A stretch of DNA of 12,164 bases from Synechococcus sp. (GCA_051439605.1 JBFRWN010000130.1:1-12164); one strand, 5' to 3'. Positions 1-6,460 are shown, numbered from the stretch's first letter. Translations and numbers: made by a program. Notes: generated from the letters alone by a model not told the origin.

Positions 1-70
1 GTGTTCCTCTACTCCCAGACCAATCCAAAACTGCAACAACAGATCGCTCAACAGAACATGGCAGCCCCGC

Positions 71-114
71 AACAGTTCTTAAAGGTCGGTTTAGGATAAG
101 AACAGTTCTTGAAG
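71..114. repeat. 14-bp direct repeat AACAGTTCTT(A/G)AAG with 30-bp period
   Basis: 71-84 AACAGTTCTTAAAG and 101-114 AACAGTTCTTGAAG (13/14 identical). Confidence 0.7.
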
Positions 115-122
115 CCAGCAGC

Positions 123-1019
123 ATGCCTACTCCCGCCATCGCCATCCCAGCAGCCACCACCAACCTCCCCCCCTTTCAAACCTGGACCTGGCAAGGGCAC
201 AGCATCCGCTTCACCGTCACTGGCAGCGGCACCCCCTTAGTTCTACTGCACGGCTTCGGCGCATCCATTCTCCATTGGCGCAAGAACATCCCCGTCCTGG
301 CTGCAGCAGGCTATCAGGTATACGCGATCGACCTACTAGGGTTTGGGGGGTCAGACAAACCCGCGATCGAATACTCCATGGACCTGTGGCGGGATTTGGT
401 CGCGGAGTTTTGGCAGGAATTCATCCAGCAGCCTGCTGTCTTTGTGGGCAATTCCATCGGAGCGTTACTAAGCCTGATGCTGGTCACCCACCAGCAAGAC
501 ATCTCCGCTGGAGCCGTCTTGCTGAACTGTGCTGGCGGTCTCAACCATCGCCCCTCCGAACTGTTCTTCCCCCTGCGGATAATGATGGGAACCTTCGAAA
601 AAGTGATGAACTCCGAAGTAGTTGGCCCATGGCTGTTCGATCGCGTCCGTCAAAAACATCGCATTCGCAGCACCCTCAAGCAGGTATATGGCAACCGCGC
701 TGCCGTCACCAACGACCTGATTGACGCCATATACGAACCCTCCTGCGATCCCGGAGCCCAAAAAGTCTTTGCTGCCATCCTACGTGCCGACCCCGGCCCC
801 ACCCCAGAAGAGCTGCTCCCCCAAGTCACCTGCCCCCTGCTGGTGCTGTGGGGGGAGGCAGATCCATGGACCCCCATTCAGCGGGGGCGACAGTACGAGA
901 AATTCAGCGATCGCATTGAGTTTGTCTCCCTCCCCAAAACCGGTCATTGCCCCCATGACGAGCGCCCCGAATTGGTCAACCCGCTGATCGTCCACTGGCT
1001 AAGCAAGCACCAAAAATAA
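123..1019 (+). CDS. Alpha/beta fold hydrolase (Ser-Asp-His triad; substrate unknown)
   Basis: 298 aa. Oxyanion motif LLHGFG, DLLGFGGSDKP, nucleophile elbow GNSIG, acid in WGEADPW, catalytic His in GHCPHDE. The frame is open upstream to the window edge, but ATG 123 gives a typical length. Confidence 0.93.
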   Translation: MPTPAIAIPAATTNLPPFQTWTWQGHSIRFTVTGSGTPLVLLHGFGASILHWRKNIPVLAAAGYQVYAIDLLGFGGSDKPAIEYSMDLWRDLVAEFWQEFIQQPAVFVGNSIGALLSLMLVTHQQDISAGAVLLNCAGGLNHRPSELFFPLRIMMGTFEKVMNSEVVGPWLFDRVRQKHRIRSTLKQVYGNRAAVTNDLIDAIYEPSCDPGAQKVFAAILRADPGPTPEELLPQVTCPLLVLWGEADPWTPIQRGRQYEKFSDRIEFVSLPKTGHCPHDERPELVNPLIVHWLSKHQK

Positions 1020-1118
1020 ATCGGTTCCGACTGACTTCCTTGACCGTCCACTCGTTCTAGACATGCTCTAGCAGATATGCGGCGATGTCAGCGGCGATCG
1101 CCGTCACAGGTCATCTGC

Positions 1119-1146
1119 TTGCGGCGTGGTTCAATCTATCTATTCT
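1119..1146 (+). promoter_or_regulatory. Possible sigma70-type promoter for the FHA cluster
   Basis: TTGCGG (1119-1124), 16-nt spacer, TATTCT (1141-1146), about 65 nt upstream of ATG 1213. Motif match only. Confidence 0.3.
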
Positions 1147-1201
1147 TGAGGAAAAGGGCACTCTAGATGACGCGCCCCTGCAATCAAGAGGGCGATTGGG
1201 C

Positions 1202-1207
1202 AAGGAG
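1202..1207 (+). promoter_or_regulatory. Shine-Dalgarno site of the 1213 gene
   Basis: AAGGAG 5 nt before ATG 1213. Confidence 0.75.
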
Positions 1208-1212
1208 ACAGA

Positions 1213-1884
1213 ATGAGTCACATCACGCTGGCATGGATGCAGGCGGGACAACGGGTATCCCGCAAACTTCAGGCGGACGCTCCCGAACTGAAGGGCGGTC
1301 CCATCCGCATCGGTCGAGATCCCGCCCAATGCACTATCGTGCTGCCATCGCTGACCGATCGCGATCGCACCGTCTCCCGCTGCCATGTGGAAATTACCTT
1401 TAATCCGCTCAACTACGGCTTTTACCTGACCAATCTCAAAGCCAATAACCCCGCCTACGTGGGGGGGCAGTTGGTGACTGGGCCAACCATGCTGACTCAA
1501 GGGTGCACCATCCAACTGGGTGAAATCGAACTCACGGTGGAGAACCTGGCTTCGGTTCCAGAAACCGTGATTGTGAAGCCTCCAGCCGAACAAGCCACCA
1601 TTCTGCGCGATCGCGTCTACCCCGTCGCACCATTGCCACAGCCAGCCTCCCCCATGCCCAAAACCGCCCCTCAGTCACCACCAGCAGCCACCCCCACGCC
1701 GCCAGCCGCTGAACCAGCACAGCCCCCACCCGCCAACCCTCCCGGCTCGGTCTTCGATGTGGTCAAAGACCGTCTGTTCTCCTGCCCGCAGGGCCACAAA
1801 TACACGCTGGAAGAAGCCAAAGACCTGGGCTGGGTTTGCAAATACGATGGCTACCTGATCACCAGTACGTTTATTGCAAAATAA
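1213..1884 (+). CDS. FHA-domain protein with Pro/Ala-rich linker and C-terminal putative metal-binding knuckle
   Basis: 223 aa, good SD. FHA signatures IRIGRD, VSRCH, NLKANNP, IQLG. Pro-rich middle. C-terminal CPQGH-x13-CKYDG. Confidence 0.9.
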   Translation: MSHITLAWMQAGQRVSRKLQADAPELKGGPIRIGRDPAQCTIVLPSLTDRDRTVSRCHVEITFNPLNYGFYLTNLKANNPAYVGGQLVTGPTMLTQGCTIQLGEIELTVENLASVPETVIVKPPAEQATILRDRVYPVAPLPQPASPMPKTAPQSPPAATPTPPAAEPAQPPPANPPGSVFDVVKDRLFSCPQGHKYTLEEAKDLGWVCKYDGYLITSTFIAK

Positions 1885-2116
1885 GGATTCTCTGGCATTC
1901 CATCCCCATTTTTCAGATGTTGGGTGACAGCGGTCAACACAGGCAAAATCTGCTTCTCTCAGATCCCCTCACGACAAGTCTCGCGGCCAGAAAAATTAAG
2001 AAAGCTAAGCCTTTTTGGCCAACCCCAGCGAGCCTCAAAAACCATTGGGATGGTTGAAATAACTTGAATCCGTATCAGACATTCATTGCCAAGGTCAATT
2101 CGTTATGTGGATATAA

Positions 2117-4048
2117 ATGTCTAGGTCGACAATCGTTACAGTCAGTTGGACAGAGCCAACCACCGGGCAATCCCGCCAAGAGTCTCTCACCGCACCGATT
2201 GTGTTTGGGCGGGCGGCGATCGCCATGCCCAGCTCCCTCAACGGACTGCCCACCAGCCCCGTAGAGCTAAATGACGGCAATATTTCTCGCTATCACCTGC
2301 TGCTAGATTGGCAGGGCGATCGCCTGGTGGCCACCGACCAAAACAGCCGTAACGGCAGCTACTTGAACGGACAACGCATTCAAGAGGAAGCAGTCCCCTC
2401 CGGAGCTCTCCTGCAATTAGGCCCCTTCTCCATTTCAGTCAGCTTCGCCGCTGTTAGCTCTACCCCTTCTGCCCCTCCAAACACGCCCGCCCCAGCTCCT
2501 GAGGGAACCGTCATTCGTCGAGTGCGAACCTCTCGAGACATTCTCCAGGAACGCCAAATCGATCCGCGCGAAATTCAAGCCAACCGCTTACCGCTAGCAG
2601 AAGTCGACTTTGTCACCGTTGGGGGTGGGCTGGGCAGCTACATTTGGGCTGATTATTTGCGCATTTTCGGGGCAGCCACCCATCAGATTGCCGCATTAGG
2701 CATGCGCGAACCAGCCCCCTACTGCAACTACAAGCGCCTCTGCCTCAATTCCCAAATTCCCCTGCACGAGAGGCTGCGCTCCAACTCCGATTCCTGCCCC
2801 GACAACATCTGGGGGTGGCCCGGCTACGCTCTGCGGGAGGCCTGGCATGACTTTCAGCGGAGCCGAACTGGCAGTGCCGCTAGATACCTATGGCAGGTGT
2901 TTGGGGAACCGACATTTGTGGAAACCTATACCCCTCGAGCGGGGAACGTGTTTGATTCCATCGATCGCGAAGCCAACCGCATCGGCTGGGATCGCATCTG
3001 GCGCTACGGACGGGTGAAGGCCGTTCGCCAAACCACCGACGGTCGCTACGCGATCGCCTACGCCCAATCGGATGAAAAGCAAGATCCTGCCTTCCTCATA
3101 GCCCGCTATGTCCTATTAGCCACCGGCTATCCCAAAATTCAGTTCCTGCCCGACCTGCAGGCCTATCGCGAACGATATGAAGACTTCCGCACCGTCGTGA
3201 ATGCCTATGAAGATCACAGCCACGTTTACCAACAGCTCTCGCAAGCGGGGGGGACGATTGTGCTCAGGGGACGAGGGATTGTGGCCTCCCGCATTATTCA
3301 ACGGATTATGGAAGTGCGGCAACAGACAGGGAGGGACATTCGGGTACTGCACTTAATGCGATCGCCCAAAACCCAGGGAAATCGCTTCAAACTTGCCAAG
3401 CGCACTGTCTCCAACCACTTTGAATTTCAGCCCTTTAACTGGCCCAAAGCCTGTTGGGGGGGCGATCTGCGGGAGGTGCTCGAAAAAGCCAGCGATAGCC
3501 AGCGGGACGAGCTGATAAAGGTGTGGGGGGGCACGACAACAGCGGATCGCACCGATTGGCGAGACATCGTGAATCGCAGTCTCAAAGAGGGCTGGTACAG
3601 CATTCGATTTGGCACTGTCACGCAGGTTCGTCCCAACCCCAATGGCGGCACCCTCACCACGGTGACAGAAGATATCGGCGAACGGGAGGTGCAAGCAGAC
3701 TTCATTGTGGATGCCACCGGTCTAGATGCTGAAGTGAAGTACAACCCAATGCTGGAGGACTTGGTCCAGCACTATCAACTGCCCCTCAACCCCCGCAAGC
3801 GATTGGGAGTGAACAAGCAATTTGAAGTTCAACCTATGCGGCAACGGCAGGGGCGCATCTACGCCATCGGGGCGATCGCCTTTGGCGGTCCCTACGCCGC
3901 TGTCGACAGCTTCCTGGGTTTGCAATTTGCCGCCCAGTGGGTCCTTGATGACATGGTGAGAGCAGATGCCCCCAACCTGCGCCGTTTGGATGGCTGGGGG
4001 TCTTTCAATCAATGGATCAAATGGGCCACGAATCAAGCCCCTAACTAA
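2117..4048 (+). CDS. FHA domain fused to FAD/NAD(P)H-dependent oxidoreductase (class B flavoprotein monooxygenase-like)
   Basis: 643 aa. N-terminal FHA (IVFGR, ISRYH, DQNSRNGSYLNG, LQLGPF). First Rossmann VGGGLGS (2618-2638), LATGY (3116-3130), second Rossmann RGRGIVA (3266-3286), DFIVDATG (3698-3721), IYAIG (3857-3871). Confidence 0.85.
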   Translation: MSRSTIVTVSWTEPTTGQSRQESLTAPIVFGRAAIAMPSSLNGLPTSPVELNDGNISRYHLLLDWQGDRLVATDQNSRNGSYLNGQRIQEEAVPSGALLQLGPFSISVSFAAVSSTPSAPPNTPAPAPEGTVIRRVRTSRDILQERQIDPREIQANRLPLAEVDFVTVGGGLGSYIWADYLRIFGAATHQIAALGMREPAPYCNYKRLCLNSQIPLHERLRSNSDSCPDNIWGWPGYALREAWHDFQRSRTGSAARYLWQVFGEPTFVETYTPRAGNVFDSIDREANRIGWDRIWRYGRVKAVRQTTDGRYAIAYAQSDEKQDPAFLIARYVLLATGYPKIQFLPDLQAYRERYEDFRTVVNAYEDHSHVYQQLSQAGGTIVLRGRGIVASRIIQRIMEVRQQTGRDIRVLHLMRSPKTQGNRFKLAKRTVSNHFEFQPFNWPKACWGGDLREVLEKASDSQRDELIKVWGGTTTADRTDWRDIVNRSLKEGWYSIRFGTVTQVRPNPNGGTLTTVTEDIGEREVQADFIVDATGLDAEVKYNPMLEDLVQHYQLPLNPRKRLGVNKQFEVQPMRQRQGRIYAIGAIAFGGPYAAVDSFLGLQFAAQWVLDDMVRADAPNLRRLDGWGSFNQWIKWATNQAPN

Positions 4049-4052
4049 CTGC

Positions 4053-4057
4053 AGGAG
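4053..4057 (+). promoter_or_regulatory. Shine-Dalgarno site of the 4064 gene
   Basis: AGGAG 6 nt before ATG 4064, inside a 15-nt intergenic gap. Confidence 0.75.
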
Positions 4058-4063
4058 TATCCC

Positions 4064-4426
4064 ATGACCCCCACATTATTGGGCCGTTGGCAAACCAGAG
4101 TGTTGCTGTTTGGCACGATCGGAGCCTTAGTCTCGATCCCATTTGGGGCCACGGCCCTAGAAATTTTGCTGTATGCGCTGATCCTGGGGCTGTTTTGGGA
4201 TGTGCTTTACACGTGGATTCAAAAATTTCGCTGGGATCGCGATTGGCCCGCCGCTTTGCAGCTTGCCGCCGGTATCTGGGAAGGTTTAGTGCTGTGGACA
4301 TTATTTTTTGGCTTCTTCAGCTGGGTCCATTACAGCTTGGTGTGGCTGGGGGTATTTATCGGCTCGCAAAGCCTCATGCGATTAATGTTTCCCCGCTGGA
4401 GGTTTAGGGGAGGGCGGTGGTTTTAG
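4064..4426 (+). CDS. Small integral membrane protein of unknown function (about 4 TM segments)
   Basis: 120 aa, strong SD, 15 nt after the upstream stop. Four hydrophobic stretches separated by Arg/Trp-rich loops (GRWQTR, KFRWDRDWP, FPRWRFRGGRWF). Confidence 0.85.
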   Translation: MTPTLLGRWQTRVLLFGTIGALVSIPFGATALEILLYALILGLFWDVLYTWIQKFRWDRDWPAALQLAAGIWEGLVLWTLFFGFFSWVHYSLVWLGVFIGSQSLMRLMFPRWRFRGGRWF

Positions 4427-4586
4427 TCCCCGCTTCCTATCCGACGAGCCTCAGTCACCTGTCCCCCTTGAATAGTGAAGGCAAGTGGACGTGCCTGACG
4501 AGAACTGCAAGCAGGCTGGCCTAGATAACTTACATGTTTGGCCCAGATGCTTCTGACCCTTGATGTATTAGGAATTGGTGAGATCG

Positions 4587-6338
4587 ATGCTGCTCAGCAA
4601 CCGCTACGAAGTCATCCGAGAAAAAGAGCTGGGTGAAGGGGGTTTTGGCAAAACCTATCTGGCAATCGACACCCAATTGCCCAGCAAACCCCAATGCGTG
4701 GTTAAAGAGCTCAAACCGCAAACCGAGATTGATTTTGAGGAGGTATTAAAGCGGTTCGAACAAGAAGCTGCCATCCTTGACAAGCTGGGCCAGCAACATC
4801 CACAAATTCCAAAGCTGTTCGCCTATTTCGCCGACAGCGGAAAATTTTATCTCGTCCAAGAATTTGTCGAGGGACAAACGCTAGCTTCCCGCATTCAAGC
4901 ACAGGGGGCTCTCAGCGAAATGGAAGTCTACCGGCTGCTCTGCCAGACATTGCCGATCTTGAGCTACATCCACACAGAAGGAGTCATTCACCGCGACATC
5001 AAACCAGACAACATCATCCTGCGGGCCTCCGACAACATGCCCGTGCTGATTGATTTTGGGGCGGTAAAAGAAACCTTGGGTCAGTTGGGGGTTACCGCTT
5101 TACCCCCCACGATTTCCATCGGCACCCTCGGGTTTATGTCCAGCGAACAGGCGGCAGGTCGACCGATATTTTCTAGCGATATCTTCAGTTTGGGGGTGAC
5201 CGCAATTTATGCCCTGACGCAAAAAGGCCCGCTATCCCACACCACCAACCCCAAAAATGGGCTAATGGAGTGGCACAATCCCGGTACCCCCCTTAACATC
5301 AGTCCCCAATTCGCTGCGGTCCTCGATCGCGCCATTCATCCCTCCATCGAGCAGCGCTACACCAATGCTGACGAGATGCTGTCGGATTTGATGGCAATGA
5401 ACCAAACCCAACCCGGCCATGGCGCTCAGCCCGCTTCACCAGGCCAGACTATCCCCGAAACAACGCTGGCTGCCTCTGCACCAACGCCACCCGTGCCGAC
5501 ACCATCAGTACCTGCCAGCTCAAGCGCCAGTGCACTAGAGGAAACAACATATTCGCCAACTCCTCCTGAAGGGGCAGGCAGCTCATCGGCCCCCTCCGAA
5601 CGAGCAACTATTGCCCCTGGGAACATTCCCTTCGGCGGTCGATCTGCCAGTGCCTCCGCTATCCCCGAAGAACCCAAGCCCTCTAAATTTCCTTGGGTAC
5701 CCGTGGGTGCCATTGGTATACCCGTCACCCTGATCGTCGCGGCGATCGCCCTGTTTGCAGCCAGTGAGAACTTTAGTGGCAGCGACAATTGCACCACCGT
5801 CACCACGACTGCAGGGAATGAAACCAACACCACAGTGGTGTGCGATGGGGATGAACCCAACACGCCAAACAGCATTGAGACAGTCAACAATCCACCCATT
5901 ACACCAGTAGAACCTATCACCAAAGCCCCTTTGGAGGAGCCCACCAACCCATCGGCAACAATCGACTGTTCTCGAGCTGACGACAGTGGTGACTATTGCG
6001 ATTTCACCCTTGACCCAGGTTTCCTCCCCGATCCCGTCATCGGGACAGGACTTTCTGGAGGCCCCAACTTCACAGAGGATTGCGGCTATGTCGATGACGA
6101 ACCGGACCATATCGTCACCCTGACACAAGAAATTCCCTACCTGCTGTCTTACGTAGAAGCCGCTGGGGATGTCACCTTGCTGATTACGGGACCTGATGGA
6201 CGCTTCTGTAACGACGATACAGAGGGATTATTACCCGAAATTTCTGGATACTGGCCCCAAGGAACCTATCAAATTTGGGTAGGGGATTGGGACAACGAAG
6301 GGCTGCCCTATTCCTTATTCCTGACAGAGGTTGAGTAG
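4587..6338 (+). CDS. Transmembrane Hanks-type (Pkn2-like) Ser/Thr protein kinase with extracytoplasmic PPC-like domain
   Basis: LGEGGFG, VVKEL, HRDIKPDN, DFG, GTLGFMSSEQ, SDIFSLG. Pro/Ser/Thr linker, TM segment at about 5688-5762, acidic C-terminal domain. ATG 4587 (MLLSNRY, preceded by GGTGAG) preferred over TTG 4575. Confidence 0.93.
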   Translation: MLLSNRYEVIREKELGEGGFGKTYLAIDTQLPSKPQCVVKELKPQTEIDFEEVLKRFEQEAAILDKLGQQHPQIPKLFAYFADSGKFYLVQEFVEGQTLASRIQAQGALSEMEVYRLLCQTLPILSYIHTEGVIHRDIKPDNIILRASDNMPVLIDFGAVKETLGQLGVTALPPTISIGTLGFMSSEQAAGRPIFSSDIFSLGVTAIYALTQKGPLSHTTNPKNGLMEWHNPGTPLNISPQFAAVLDRAIHPSIEQRYTNADEMLSDLMAMNQTQPGHGAQPASPGQTIPETTLAASAPTPPVPTPSVPASSSASALEETTYSPTPPEGAGSSSAPSERATIAPGNIPFGGRSASASAIPEEPKPSKFPWVPVGAIGIPVTLIVAAIALFAASENFSGSDNCTTVTTTAGNETNTTVVCDGDEPNTPNSIETVNNPPITPVEPITKAPLEEPTNPSATIDCSRADDSGDYCDFTLDPGFLPDPVIGTGLSGGPNFTEDCGYVDDEPDHIVTLTQEIPYLLSYVEAAGDVTLLITGPDGRFCNDDTEGLLPEISGYWPQGTYQIWVGDWDNEGLPYSLFLTEVE

Positions 6339-6414
6339 TCGATGCTCGAGCCAGCAGTGCTTCAATCATCAATGCTTGAGTCGGGAGGAACCGCCAACTA
6401 GACTGAAAGCAGCC

Positions 6415-6449
6415 TCAAGAGCACCAAAGTCCTCAGTGCACTCTCTTGA
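6415..6449. terminator. Imperfect hairpin between convergent stops, possible terminator or 3'-end stabiliser
   Basis: TCAAGAG (6415-6421) pairs with CTCTTGA (6443-6449), with inner CAC/GTG. No U-tract on either strand. Confidence 0.25.
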
Positions 6450-6460
6450 CAATGCAAGCT

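Noticed and set aside
1..99. Open frame +1 (VFLYSQTNPKLQQQIAQQNMAAPQQFLKVGLG*) as the end of an upstream gene
   Set aside because: Only 32 codons with no recognisable motif, and the other + frames are also largely open. It cannot be supported without upstream sequence.
123..1019. Hydrolase as part of the FHA/kinase system
   Set aside because: It is co-directional but separated by 193 bp containing a hairpin and a candidate promoter. It resembles a common stand-alone hydrolase type, so membership would need synteny evidence.
1150..1205. Faint likeness to a c-di-GMP-I riboswitch (AAAGGGCA...GACGC...GCC)
   Set aside because: It lacks the GNRA-capped P2 stem, the GCAAA segments and a P3 with a tetraloop receptor.
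1621..1746. CCA/GCC-rich quasi-repeats as a DNA repeat array
   Set aside because: Explained by Pro/Ala codons of the linker. There is no fixed repeat unit or spacer structure.
1917..2057. 46-aa small ORF (MLGDSGQH...NHWDG) in the FHA-FHA spacer, as a possible peptide substrate
   Set aside because: No SD and no leader/core or other recognisable pattern. ORFs this long are expected by chance. Ribosome profiling or conservation would be needed.
5426..6128. Long antisense ORFs (173 and 181 aa) opposite the kinase, plus other overlapping short ORFs in the track
   Set aside because: These are shadows of well-supported genes with Pro/Thr-rich or GC-biased codons, and they show no motifs.
1213..6338. 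Interpretation as an anti-phage defence system, T6SS or siderophore cluster
   Set aside because: The window has no nuclease, NTPase, toxin, secretion-core, NRPS/NIS synthetase or TonB receptor genes and no mobile-element context.
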